A DNA stretch of 64,000 nt from Chrysomallon squamiferum (taxonomy: Eukaryota > Animalia > Mollusca), in NCBI GenBank assembly GCA_012295275.1, contig CM022672.1, forward strand, positions 26,722,001 to 26,786,000, given 5' to 3'. Positions 1 to 13,045 of the stretch are shown here, in pieces. The notes below the pieces were generated by a model. It did no database searches. It saw only the letters and a list, made by a program, of their open reading frames with translations, and had not been told where the DNA came from. Numbering within the stretch: position 1 is the stretch's first letter; every line of letters starts with the position of its first letter. The translations under genes were made by a program, and so were the position numbers.

Positions 1-12
1 TGATAATGATGG
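1..12 (+). CDS. GAPVD1: GAPVD1 coding exon, 3' end only (..DNDG, phase 2 donor)
   Basis: T GAT AAT GAT GG|gtaag. It joins in frame to the exon at 347 (GG+A) and matches the FDNRT-CRKLL junction region of vertebrate GAPVD1 as I recall it. Confidence 0.7.
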
Positions 13-346
13 GTAAGATATTTCAAGTATTCATCATCTTTCAAGGATATTATGCTGGAAATAATTATTATTATTACTTAGTTACTGAAAATGTTATTTG
101 ATTTTATTATATTGTATTTTATTTGATTTTTATTAATATTTTTTATTTTTTTTATTTTTATTTTTTATTTAGTCATTTTTTTTTTTTTATTTATTTATTT
201 ATTATTATTATTTTTTTATGAATTTTTTTTAAAAAAACTTTTAGTTTGGAAACATAATTAAAGATTCTTAACTTCATTTTCTTCACACATCTTTTTTTTT
301 CCTCCATAATTTTTAAAAAATAATAAAAATATTTTCTCATATTCAG

Positions 347-481
347 ATGTAAGAAGCTGATACGTGCATTGCGAGAAGAGTACAGAAACAGGTCTGCGTA
401 CATCTCCTATTTGGTGCGATGTCGCCAGGGACTTCTCATGTCTCTGTCTCACTTGCAACAGTTACTCAACAGAGCTCAGAG
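347..481 (+). CDS. GAPVD1: GAPVD1 internal exon (CKKLIRALREEYRNRSAYISYLVRCRQGLLMSLSHLQQLLNRAQR)
   Basis: attcag| acceptor and AG|gttagt donor, 135 nt. Similar to the GAPVD1 segment CRKLL..DYRKRAPYIAYLTRCRQGL. Confidence 0.93.
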
Positions 482-923
482 GTTAGTCCAGATTCACGCA
501 GTATTGCTTTTATTTTATTCCATAAATGTTATAAACATTTTCCTCTGTAGCTGAGAGGCAGAGAATTTGTCAGAGAATTGAGAAGATTTGGGAACTCTTG
601 TCTTTCAAGATTCTGTTTGTCTACATTATTATTATTTTTTTTTTTTTTGGCAGATTGTCAACTCACATCTCAAATGTTTCTTGTCTCATCCTGAAATTTA
701 TAAATCATATTATAAATTTCTGATTTAACAGGATTTCAAAATACAAGTTCATAACTCGAGGAACTCTGTCAACCTGATTCTTGAATAATCTCAGATTGCA
801 ACACATTTCTAATCTTTATTGGTTAATTAAAGATAAATACATTGAAAACAGATACATACAATGATATGTAATATAAACATATGCTGAGATGGTGTTTAAA
901 AACAGTACTGATGTATTTTTCAG

Positions 924-1047
924 AGACAAGGAGATTTGTAACAAACACCTGGTAAATGTCTGTGTTCGACTGTTCATTGAAAAGAGGGAGAAGCAGGTTC
1001 TGTATTTTATATCAGACTTCCAGAAGCTCACTGCTGCTGATGACAAG
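924..1047 (+). CDS. GAPVD1: GAPVD1 internal exon (DKEICNKHLVNVCVRLFIEKREKQVLYFISDFQKLTAADDK)
   Basis: tttttcag| acceptor and AAG|gtctgt donor, 124 nt, phase 2 to 0. Contains DFQKLTAADDK, as in GAPVD1. Confidence 0.94.
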
Positions 1048-1374
1048 GTCTGTTGCATGTATTTTCCTTTTTTTTTCAAAATAATATATTATTTGTAAAT
1101 AGTAATTATCTGCGTCTGATGAGTACAGGTAAATCTCCAGTATGGTGTAATTAATTTTCTTCTGACAGTGTTTGAACTGTAGAAATATTTTTTTTATATA
1201 CACATTATCTTCCCAATTCTTTCTTTCGTTTATTGTCCTTTTCTGGTATCTCTCTGTTCAAGTTTTTAATTTTAATAATTTTTTATTTTGAGGGTGTATG
1301 TGTTTAAGTGAGATAAAGTAATATAAATGAATATAATTAAACTTTCATTTGTAACAAATTGTGTTTTCTTCTAG

Positions 1375-1441
1375 ACTTACCTTGTGGAAAAGTTTCTGCA
1401 GCTGTTGTATAAGGAAATGGAACAAGATCCAATATGGAAAG
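1375..1441 (+). CDS. GAPVD1: GAPVD1 internal exon (TYLVEKFLQLLYKEMEQDPIWK)
   Basis: ttttcttctag| acceptor and G|gtaac donor, 67 nt, phase 0 to 1. Aligns by eye to TAQVEDFLQFLYGAMAQDVIWQ. Confidence 0.92.
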
Positions 1442-2000
1442 GTAACAGAAGATATGTTTTTTTCATTACAACCTTATTTATTTATTTATCACAGAACATT
1501 GATTACAATGTCAATAATGTGCATGGTTACAGTGTTTGAACTGAAGAAATATTTTGTGTATATATGGATGTTTTCCTTCAGTTTCTTTTTTTATTTCTCT
1601 TTTTTGTTTTTTTATTTCTATGCTGTTGTTGGTGGTGTTTTGTGGGCTTTTTTTTCATGTGTATATGTCTGTTTAAGTGAAGTGCAGTAATTAAAAATAT
1701 ATAATTAATTTAACTTTCATTTACAACAAATTAATTGTCTTTTCTTCTAGAAATCAAAAAAATTATTCATGACTTGAATGCTGAATGTTTTCAAAGGATA
1801 TAGTTAATAAAATTCCCATTAACATTCAGATAGCTCTGTTTCTCTGTATCTGACAGAACATACTGACAACAAATTTTTTATATATATATATTGTTTGGAG
1901 TCTTGACATTTCAGACATCCAGTTTTTTTATTCCTAGAGGGAATGAATATTCAGGGGGTGGGGGACAAATATTCTCTGACACTGGTGTTGTAAATTGAGC

Positions 2001-3510
2001 ATTTTATTAAGTTTTCTAATGACAGTGTTGTTAATGAAGTATTTTATTAAGTTTTCTAATGACAGTGTTGTTAATGAAGTATTTAGTAAGTTTTCTAATG
2101 ACAGTGTTGTTAATGAAGTACTTTATTAAGTTTTCTAATGACAGCATTGTTAATGAAGTACTTTATTAAGTTTTCTAATGACAGTGTTGTTAATGAAGTA
2201 TTTAATAAGTTTTCTAATGACAGTGTTGTTAATGAAGTATTTAGTAAGTTTTCTAATGACAGTGTTGTTAATGAAGTACTTTATTAAGTTTTCTAATGAC
2301 AGCATTGTTAATGAAGTACTTTATTAAGTTTTCTAATGACAGTGTTGTTAATGAAGTATTTAATAAGTTTTCTAATGACAGTGTTGTTAATGAAGTATTT
2401 AGAAAGTTTTCTAATGACAGTGTTGTTAATGAAGTACTTTATTAAGTTTTCTAATGACAGCATTGTTAATGAAGTACTTTATTAAGTTTTCTAATGACAG
2501 TGTTGTTAATGAAGTATTTAATAAGTTTTCTAATGACAGTGTTGTTAATGAAGTATTTAGTAAGTTTTCTAATGACAGTGTTGTTAATGAAGTACTTTAT
2601 TAAGTTTTCTAATGACAGCATTGTTAATGAAGTACTTTATTAAGTTTTCTAATGACAGTGTTGTTAATGAAGTATTTAATAAGTTTTCTAATGACAGTGT
2701 TGTTAATGAAGTATTTAGAAAGTTTTCTAATGACAGTGTTGTTAATGAAGTACTTTATTAAGTTTTCTAATCAGTGTTGTTAATGAAGTATTTTAGTAAG
2801 TTTTCTAATGACAGTGTTGTTAATGAAGTATTTAGAAAGTTTTCTAATGACAGAGTTGTTAATGAAGTATTTTATTAAGTTGTCTAATGACAGTGTTGTT
2901 AACGAAGTATTTTATTAAGTTTTCTAATGACAGTGTTGTTAATGAAGTATTTAATAAGTTTTCTAATGACAGCATTGTTAATGAAGTATTTTATTAAGTT
3001 GTCTAATGACAGTGTTGTTAATGAAGTATTTTATTAAGTTTTCTAATGACAGTGTTGTTAATGAAGTATTTATTAAGTTTTCTAATGACAGCATTGTTAA
3101 TGAAGTACTTTATTAAGTTTTCTAATGACAGTGTTGTTAATTAAGTATTTAGTAAGTTTTCTAATGACAGTGTTGTTAATGAAGTATTTAGTAAGTTTTC
3201 TAATCACAGCATTGTTAATGAAGTATTTTATTAAGTTTTCTAATGACAGCATTGTTAATAAAGTACTTTAGTATGTTTTCTAATGACAGCATTGTTAATG
3301 AAGTACTTTATTAAATTTTCTAATGACAGTGTTGTTAATGAAGTATTTATTAAGTTTTCTAATGACAGAGTTGTTAATGAAGTATTTAGTAAGTTTTCTA
3401 ATGACAGTGTTGTTAATGAAGTATTTATTAAGTTTTCTAATGACAGTGTTGTTAATGAAGTATTTATTAAGTTTTCTAATCACAGTGTTGTTGATGATGT
3501 ATTTGATAAT
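2001..3510. repeat. Intronic minisatellite, 39-40 bp unit (ATTTATTAAGTTTTCTAATGACAGTGTTGTTAATGAAGT), about 38 copies
   Basis: Head-to-tail units are directly visible, with no spacers. The array ends just before the acceptor at 3523. Confidence 0.97.
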
Positions 3511-3523
3511 AAACTGTTTTTAG

Positions 3524-3638
3524 CTGCTACTCAAGAACAGATGGATGATGCTCGACTGGCCATTGAGCGACTGCTGATGAGTCGAATCTACACACATGCA
3601 TTATTTCCTAATGGTGACGGAGACTTCATGCGTGACCA
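3524..3638 (+). CDS. GAPVD1: GAPVD1 internal exon (AATQEQMDDARLAIERLLMSRIYTHALFPNGDGDFMRDQ)
   Basis: tttttag| acceptor and CA|gtgagt donor, 115 nt, phase 1 to 2. Helical-bundle region preceding the VPS9 core. Confidence 0.94.
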
Positions 3639-4047
3639 GTGAGTCGGTTTTACCTCAGAATAAATACTGTGTTGTTTCCATCACATATACTAGAATTAAT
3701 GTATATTTAATTTTATCTACAAATACACACACACACACAAGCACAGACACACAGAGAGTGAGATATATATTTTGTTGTTCATGTTGTTCATGTAAAATAA
3801 TCCATCCAGCAGCTGTCATTTTCTTAGAAAGACATTTGAGTTAATAAATATTAACATTAGTGAGATGTTTGTTCAGGTTTTGTTAAACCAGTATTTGTTC
3901 ATTCATCATGAAACAAAATCATAATCCAAATCAAAACTTCTCAAACTTTTTTTTTTCTTCCTACATTTTTAATATAATAATGATCATTATATAACCTATT
4001 GTATATATTACAACATAAAATAATATTATTTTTTGTATTAACTGTGC

Positions 4048-4083
<36 letters not shown>

Positions 4084-4209
4084 GCTTTAAAATTGGTTAC
4101 TGCAATCTTCTTGAAATTTCTAATTCATATATTTAACAAAATAAGAATTTAAAAAAAATAAAAGTTTAACCCTTTTTCTTTTTTTTTTCTTTTTTTTGCA
4201 AAAAAATAG

Positions 4210-4348
4210 ACTAATTTACCAGCACATCAAGAAACTGTCTCAGGTGATTACTCCGTTTCACAAAGATCTGGGCATCCCACGAATGTACCATTTCGAGTGT
4301 CCCTGGCCTGCTGCACAGCGAGAGATTTACATGATTAATGCTTACAAG
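4210..4348 (+). CDS. GAPVD1: GAPVD1 internal exon (LIYQHIKKLSQVITPFHKDLGIPRMYHFECPWPAAQREIYMINAYK)
   Basis: Acceptor (T-tract)gcaaaaaaatag| and donor AAG|gtatga, 139 nt, phase 2 to 0. PWP.AQ.EI..I.AYK motif of the VPS9 domain. Not in the ORF track. Confidence 0.93.
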
Positions 4349-4549
4349 GTATGATTAGCCATGTTGTCAGTCTCCTTGAGCGAGTCAGTGGAAAAACTTA
4401 TCAGAACAAGTTTGTTGTGAAGCATTTGGGATGCATGTAAAAGAAAACAGAAATGTGTGCTACTGGCATACATATATAGTGTTGATAGTATTGTGTGGTC
4501 TGCAGAGAGTTCAGTGGTGTTGGAGTGTATGCCAAGAATACAGTGTGAA

Positions 4550-4892
4550 TTGGTTCAGTTTGTGTAAATGGATGTTGTGTTACTATAGTTTGTGTGTTGG
4601 GTTTTGTGTTACTACATTTTGTGTGAATGGGTGTTGTATTACTTCCGTTTGTGTGAATGAGTGTTGTGTTACTACTGTTTATGTGAATGGATGTTTTGTT
4701 ATTACATTTGTGTTAATGGATGTTGTGTTAATGGATGTTGTGTTATTAAGTTTGTGTTAAAGGATGTTGTGTTATTACAGTTTGTGTTAATGGATGTTGT
4801 CTTATTACAGTTTGTGTGAAAGGGGTTTTTGTTATTACAGTTTGAGTGAATGGATGTTGTGTCATTAGAGTTGGTGTAAATGGGTGTTGTGC
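4550..4892. repeat. Degenerate ~30 bp GT-rich minisatellite (GTTTGTGTGAATGGATGTTGTGTTACTACA-like)
   Basis: About 11 imperfect copies visible in the last GAPVD1 intron. Confidence 0.85.
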
Positions 4893-5225
4893 TACTGCTG
4901 TTGCTGTTGTTATTATTATTATTATTAAAATGTTATTTTAGCATTTGCTAAAAGTAAAATTTATCCTGTACTTTGTGAAGTCTGAGGAAACATTTTCTAT
5001 AATAATAAATAAGATCTGGCAAAAAACTGAAATGGTAGTAACAGTTGTGTATGAAATTATGGTAGCTTATTATTACATTTGTAATTTTTATTCTTGTTGT
5101 TGTTGTTGTTTTTGTTATCAGTAACGATAACAATAATAATAACAGTAATATGCTATATAATAATGATGATAATAATAATAATAATAGTAGTGATTACTTA
5201 TTTGTTATTCTTTTCTCTCTCACAG

Positions 5226-5498
5226 ACACCAAAAGACAAGCTGCAGTGTGTGCTGCAGTGTTCAATGACCATCATGAATCTTCTCAGCATGGCCAACGAG
5301 AAGTCTGTCCCCGCGGCCGACGACTTCATTCCTGTGCTCATCTTCGTCATCATCAAAGCCAACCCCCCTTGTCTCCTGTCAACAATCCAGTACGTGAACA
5401 GCTTTTACAAGAACCGACTCGGAGGAGAGGAGGAGTACTGGTGGATGCAGTTTACATCTGCTGTGGAATTTATAAAGACTATGGACTATTCAGAATAG
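5226..5498 (+). CDS. GAPVD1: GAPVD1 last coding exon, VPS9 catalytic core (TPKDKLQC..ADDFIPVLIFVIIKANPPCLLSTIQYV..GEEEYWWMQFTSAVEFIKTMDYSE*)
   Basis: ctcacag| acceptor, 273 nt to TAG. Has the VPS9 ADD and GE..Y motifs, and the YWWMQF end is typical of GAPVD1/RME-6. Confidence 0.97.
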   Translation, partial: TPKDKLQCVLQCSMTIMNLLSMANEKSVPAADDFIPVLIFVIIKANPPCLLSTIQYVNSFYKNRLGGEEEYWWMQFTSAVEFIKTMDYSE

Positions 5499-6567
5499 TG
5501 CTATATATATATATACACATATACGAGGAAAAAAAAAAGAACAAAAAAAGCTAAATTTATAATTTAATTTCTCTTATGATTTGAGGTGCTGTGAATGAAT
5601 TGCGTTTTTGTTTTTTTTTCTCAGAATTATCATGTTGTTTATTCAGGGCAATCTTGACTAAGCCAAGATATCGTTCAGACAGGGATATTAGTTAACATGG
5701 GACCACACAGAATTTGTCTTCTACCACTGTAATGTCCTAATAATACTGTGTATGTAACTGTAAGCAGAGAATCATGCAGTGTCTTTATTAACATTAATAT
5801 CATTAACAACAAAACTGACCGTTTCTGACATTTAATTTTTCTTTATTTTTTCCTTATATAGTTAATATTATTATCATTTCTTCTTTTTTTAACCCCCACA
5901 ATTCTACTTTATTTTTGTTTTGTTTACTATTTTTTTTGGCTTTGTGGTAATATAAAACATCTTAAAAATTTTTAAAAACCATAGATTATCTGAAAAGAGT
6001 TTCAGGTATACTTAGTTGAAAATGTCTTTTTCAACCAGTAAACTGTGTTTAATGTCAAATTTGATTACATTTGTTTGAAATGTTTGAATTGAAAAAAAAA
6101 AAATTAAAAAATGCAACTAGAAAAGTAATGCAGAGGACAAATTGTATCCAGAAGAATTTTTTGTAAAAACATTTCCAGGTCTTAAATGAAAAATATAAAA
6201 TAAAATGAAATAATAATAATAATAATAATAATTAAATAAAATGAAATACAAATAAAATAACTGGAATATGGTAAAAGACAAATAAATAAAAACTGTCCTG
6301 CATTGCTGATTTTTATTCACAAATGCAGTATTGCATTTTTATCTCCAAGAAATAAATTACACAGAGAACAAAACATGAAACAGAAATCTGAATTAACTAC
6401 TTTTTTTCTTCGTTTTCATTTGGGAAAAGACTTTTCTTATTTTTCTGTTTATGTGATTTTAAAAATAAACAGAAAACTGATAATTTGAGATAATTCAATA
6501 ATATTCCAAATCTTATATTGGCAACCATAAAATACTAGTGAATTTATCAACTTGCATGCATACACTC

Positions 6568-6605
<38 letters not shown>

Positions 6606-9217
6606 CATAGAGTAATTAGTAGGCAGTGAATGGTACTGCAGTATTTCCTTATATTTTTAACAGTATTGTATGTTATTGTTTAAATGATTCATAATTCTGA
6701 AACCAGTTTGTATAAAACCAAGAAAGTATTTCTGTTTATTTCAAAAAAAGAAAAGAAAGACATAAAGTTTTTTTGTGTTTTTTTAACCCATGTAAATAAG
6801 TCACAAATGACAAAATTATTGTAATGGTTTTGCTGAAAAATGAGTTGGAGATAAGCAGCTTTATCTTGTGTAATTAAAAGGTGTGTGCACTGTTGATATC
6901 CAAAATCAGAATATATTTTATGAATGTTTCTTATGCCAATCTCATATTACATTACTTGAAAAGATTCACTAAATTTTAAGGTTGCTGATATTTGTTTATG
7001 CAGTACATTGTAGCACAAATATTTATATAAAAATAGTCGTATTCTGTTATCAGCAAAGCTTTAATTTGTAAATAGATTCATTATGGTTTTACTGCAATTC
7101 TGCCTTCAAAATACATAGTGTGCTTATATATACATATATTTAATACATACATGTATATATATATATATATATAACTGCAAATAAGATAGCTAAAAGTAAA
7201 TTAATATACAGTAAAATTTAAAAAAGAAAAAATCTTAGATTTGTTAGTGGGGTTTGTGGGGTGGTTTGTTTTTTGTTTATTTTGTGTGTGTGTTTGGTAT
7301 TCATTTTGGTTACTAGTCAGTTTTATAACATGTAGAAAGATAATGTGATAACTGCATAATAATGTGTATAAACTCATTGAATATTTATTTCTTAGTACAC
7401 TCTAATCACACATGAAATTATCTGTATAATCCACAAAATGTCCCTGATTAGTTTTGTTTCGTTATTTTATTTTATTATTTTTTGTTTAGCTGGCATTAAG
7501 ACAATTTACTTACTGTAATATTCAAGAGAGACATAAATTTTGAAAAATTATTTTATTCATAGCCAGAGTTTTCTTTATGTTGTTAAATATTTATAATTTC
7601 TAAAACCATAATTATTTTATGTGTATATACTCATACATGTTTTCTATAAATATTTTTCAATATGATAATAATTCATTGAAGAGGGTTGATTAAGATTAAA
7701 ATAAGTATGATTTGTACTTACAGGCATACCTAATCACCTTATTAAGAAAGGTTTTTAAGTATTAATCTCAGCCCATAACTTTTGTTCTATTAGATTCTTT
7801 AGTGACATCATCAAAATAGTCAAATTTTCTTAAGTGATTTAAATACATTCAGATTTGTATTGGAATTTACAATTATTCTGATTATTCTGGTGTATCATTT
7901 TGCACTGGCTTTCTGAATGATGTACCAGATGTAACAATCTTTTCTTAACAAGGTGACAAGACATGAAGGTAAGATTATGGCATTAATTAAGATTAATTTT
8001 TTAGATAATATAACACACCTACACATTCCTTTTTCATTTTTTAAAAACAACACGAAAAATATACATCATTTTTGTGTACTAAGTTTGTATCAAGCTTCCC
8101 CATAGGTCTGGAATCATAAAATAAAAAAAACAAATACTAAAGCAAATAGTCTTGCTAACAAAAAGTGTATATCACTGGGATAATAATTAAATCTTGAGAT
8201 ATTCTATGGGAAAAATAAACGTTACAATGAAGAGATTTTTTTTTATGCTGGTTACGTCCTTTATGTTTGCCAATTCTGGACATGATACCAACTTTATAAG
8301 CACTCAGCAAATATCTGATTATAATGGTTTTATTCACTGAAAGTGCACACTTGTATTTGAAGAACAGATCACAATAAACTACTAACCCACCAAACTCTTG
8401 GAGAATACAGCTATATTCATTCTTATAGACATATCATAATGTTAATTACTGTTACATGCTGAGTTATTTCCAGTTCCAACCAGTTGCTCCTTATGAAAGA
8501 CTGTTAAGTAGTCCTGACTAGATTTACATAAAAGATTGGTTGATAAGCCAGCTGAATGGTGGGATCAAACTACCTCGCTTTTATCATAATATATGTATTG
8601 GGGGGGGTGTTCATCTTGGGTTTTTTATTCACAAATTATTAAATTATTAATAAAAGCATATAAAAATTAATTAATAATGATTTTATTTGAAATAGGAATT
8701 ATTTTCATTTTATGATTCCAGACTTAATGGAAGCAGTATATAACTAAACTGTATTTCTTATATCATTCATTTTGTTGTATGTCAGTTAAATTTCACTATA
8801 TTTCTTATAACATTATATCCATATTTCGAAAATCTTACTAGATTTTTGGTTGTGTGTATGAAACATTTTGCTGAATTAATATATAAAGTTTTAATAAAAG
8901 TTTTTGATTTAATATTTATACATTAATATTTTATTATTTGGTATTAAAAATTATTTGTGTCTTTAATGTTAGTATTAATTTTTAAATATTATGATATATG
9001 TACTTTAATGATTTCTAACAACTTTCTTAAAATCAAGGCATAAAATAAAGCCGTTGAATGCTTTATTGCCAGAACTGGTTTTCAGAATGAATTACAAAAA
9101 AAAAAAAAATGAAGTATATAAAAATATACCTGAGATTTTTAAATTGGTGATAACCACAGCCCAGAATTAAACTATGCAATGAAGCAGAAGATTATAATGG
9201 TTAAAAATAAATGGCTG

Positions 9218-9270
<53 letters not shown>

Positions 9271-11732
9271 TATTTACATATACGAGTTTACACATTTGCC
9301 TACACAAACACATACTCGTACATAGATATGTACATATATATGCACATGCACACAGATACACACATGACATTGATACATTTATATACATTCACACGAACAC
9401 ACATATACATAGGTATACCTGTATATGTATGTGTGTAAACAGTCACACACACAGACATGGACACACCACAGCATCTTAAAAAAATTCTTGTATATCCAAA
9501 ACTATTAATAGAGTATGTAAATCTGTTACGTTTTACTGTTATCATTCCTCAGTGTTGAGTAACAAGTTTTATTACTAGACTGAAATCTATAGCATTCTGC
9601 TTAAAGCTTAAATGAGCTGGATCTGTCTTATTTATATACTGTGGCAAGTTGGTTGTGAAGAAGTAAAGCAGAAAATGATGTGAGTAACTATTTTTTAATA
9701 GATTTAACAGAAAATTAAATATAATAGTGGTTACATGTTTCTTCAATAAAAAAAACTTGAAGTAAATTAAGTATACTTTTCTGTTTCTTTATTAGGAGAT
9801 ACAGGTTGTGTGTGTGTTGTAAACATTTGGCTGAAAATAAAATAAATACTGGTTGTATGTTTAAATAAAGGTATGAAATTATGGAAGTCCCGTAATTTCT
9901 TTGTTGGGAGATGAATTGTGTGAATATTTCTTTTTAGATTTCTCTGAAATTCTAAATTAAAACAGGGTTGAAATTTGTGAATTATATTGAATTGGTTTAT
10001 TCATTTTAAACTGTGAAATCTAATTAGTCTGAAATTTCCAGTTTGTTGCATATTTTTTTTTTTTTTTTTTTTTTTGTAAGTGTATAAGTCTGTTTTAGTC
10101 AAGTATTAGTTTGTCAGTTTACTACAAAATAGCAATCTTCTGTTTTAATTACACAGATATTGATAGTCACAGTTTATGTCATTAGCCTCTTTGGTTTCAT
10201 CTGATTTATTTTAAATATTATTATTATTATTATTTTAATTTTTGAGACATGGTTTTTATTTTGTAGATGTATACCAAATTGTTGATTGTATTAATATCCC
10301 TTAAGTATATAATCTGTTTGTAAGTAAACTTACCATAATATTAATTATTATTATTATTATTATTATTATCAAATAAAAATACATTATTGCAACACATATA
10401 ATTAATAATTATGGTTTCTGTGTTAGAATTAATTATTGTTCAAAACACACACAAACAAAAAAACAAAAAAGTAATAATAAATTAGCTCATCACTGAGGTC
10501 ACTGATTTTCACAGTGCAGGTTTACTTTGTAGATAAATTTCAGATATTTAACATTTAGTGAAATTTTTATTTTTTGAGTTTAGGTTTTTAACATTACTGA
10601 GGTTTTGGGTTTTGTTTGTTTGATTTTTAAAGAGGGAGGATGATTGATTCTAATTCACTTTTCAGTTGTTTTTTTTTTTTTTTTAATTTAAAATTTGTTG
10701 ATGGGAATTGCAGTAAATGACTGGGCCATACGTTTTTTTTTGGGAAGGTTTTTTTAGAATTTTTTATTAATAATTCCTATACTTAGTTCTTGTTTATTAT
10801 TTGCATAACATTAAATCTTTAAATTAACATTGCAAAATTAAATAAACAGATAAAAAAAATAATAGGTTAAAATAAAAAAATCATCCAACAAATGTAGAAA
10901 ATATTTTTAGATAAAAGAAATTATTGAAATTTTTATATGAAAAAAGTGTGATATATATATATATATGTTATGTGTGTGTGTATGTGTGTATGTAAGTATT
11001 TAATGTATAACTGGAATATATGTCTATAAATATCTGTTAAAAGTTATAAAACAACACAGACTTGGAATGTAAAAAACAAAGCAAAAACAGTATTTTAATC
11101 ATCTAAATATGTTAAGCTCTAGAATAATACATGTTACCAAATATGTAGTTACATTACAGCAAAGATGCAGTAAATAAATACAGTAAATTATTATTCTTAT
11201 TTTTTATTTTATTTTATTTTAAAAGAAGTGTTAAGAATTTTAGCATATAAACTGAGATAGATGCTTAGATTCAAAAGATATTTGGAACTGAAAAAGCAGT
11301 ATTATTTGATTCTGTTTGTTATTCATAAAGACTGGATTACATAGATTTTAGCAAGGCTTGTAATTGTTGAAGAAGAGCACAGCTTTCATTCAAAATAATG
11401 TTTTCTGATAAATAATTTTATAAGCAGCATTTGCTTGCCATGTTAAGTATTGTCAAACTACCTCCAATTAGCAAATTAATGTCAATTTTATATATGAAAG
11501 TTAGTGATTCTCAGTTTCAAGTATTTGTTTCTTGATTAAAATGTGAGCAGCAGAGATTGCATACATTTTATTCTAGAATTAATTATTATTACTATTATTA
11601 TTTTTTTTTTTTTAAATAATTATTAATGCAGGTTAAACCTTCTTTCTATTTTATTACTTTTTTTTTTTTTTTTTTTTTAAATATATATTAATAGTGGTTT
11701 TTTCATGTTTTTTAAAGGTTTATTTAAATTTA

Positions 11733-11765
<33 letters not shown>

Positions 11766-12334
11766 TTAAATAATTATCAATGGTTTTAAAAAAAAATTAT
11801 AATTATTTTATTATTAGTTTTTAAATATAAATAAAGCAAAATAACGTGATATAGATTTTTAAATTAAACAATGTAATATTATTACCATGAAGATTTCTTC
11901 TGTAACAATCATACATTCCACAGACTTTGTGAACTGTTACAAATATTATGATATATTAGTGATTGTTCTTGCCCTAACTGACCCATGAAAGGTTTATATA
12001 GTATCTGAATATTGTCACTGTTAGTTTTGAGTATAAATTGTAATTAACACAAATCACACACTAAAATTTAGATATAAACAAACGACTTAATTTATAATTT
12101 CCAGGTGCTTGTTTTATTTATTTATCAAAACTAAAGTTTTGGTAATTGTAAAAGCCTCTTATTATTATCAAAGTAATGTTATTTTGAGAAACAAGACAGT
12201 CACTTGAGAGTATTAGAAGTAAGGTAATTTGATAATACTTATTGTAGCAATGCATGCTGCTGTTCATGTTTTATTATAGGTCTTTATCAGTTTTTGTTTA
12301 TGAGTATTTTTTAGAATTTCAACTAGAAACTGGG

Positions 12335-12620
12335 GCCATTTTGTTAATAAAGTTTCAAATAAAATAAGCCATTTTGCTAATAAAATATCATATATAAAAT
12401 AAGATGTTTTGTTAATAAAGTATGAAATAAAATAAGCCAGTTTGTTAATAAAGTATGAAATAAAATAAGCCGGTTTGTTAATAAAGTATGAAATAAAATA
12501 AGCCGGTTTGTTAATAAAATGTCAAATAAAATAAGCCAATTTCTTAATAAAGTATCACATAAAATAAGCCATTTTGTTAAAAAAATATCATTGAAATATT
12601 TTGCTGAATAAAATAACAAA
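12335..12620. repeat. 33 bp minisatellite (AAATAAAATAAGCCGGTTTGTTAATAAAGTATG), about 8-9 copies
   Basis: Directly visible. It explains the periodic ORF 12377-12619. Confidence 0.9.
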
Positions 12621-13001
12621 TTTGATTATTTGTAAATGTATTATCAGCCATTTATTTAAAATTAATTTTATTTACTTTTTATATAACCTAGTGCAGTATT
12701 CTAAAAAGTTAAAGCTGTGTTCAGATTTGCTATTTAAATAAGGTGATATTTTTTTTTTTTTTTTTTTTTTTTCATGTTAATACTGAAATACTCCCATTTA
12801 GCTCTCTGTATAAAATATACATTATTAATTTCTTGGAGTGGATTATGTAATTACAAACTGTGTTGAAAATATAACACAGTAGTTTTAGAGATCAATCTAT
12901 TATAATCTTTCATTTGGAGTTTGTCTTTTGTTTTTCTCTTTTTATCCATATAGAGTTTGTTTTTTAACAAATTCAAGATATTAATGATAAATTTTGTTTG
13001 G

Positions 13002-13045
<44 letters not shown>

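Noticed and set aside
2001-3510. Regular ~39 bp repeats as a CRISPR array
   Set aside because: The units are contiguous with no unique spacers, there are no cas genes, and the array lies in a eukaryotic intron.
3283-3523. Repeat-encoded N-terminal extension (FIKFSNDSVVNEV)n in frame with a GAPVD1 exon
   Set aside because: An artefact of 39-bp units. The upstream exon needs a phase-1 acceptor, and the recurring CAG and AAG sites in the repeat give phase 2 or 0.
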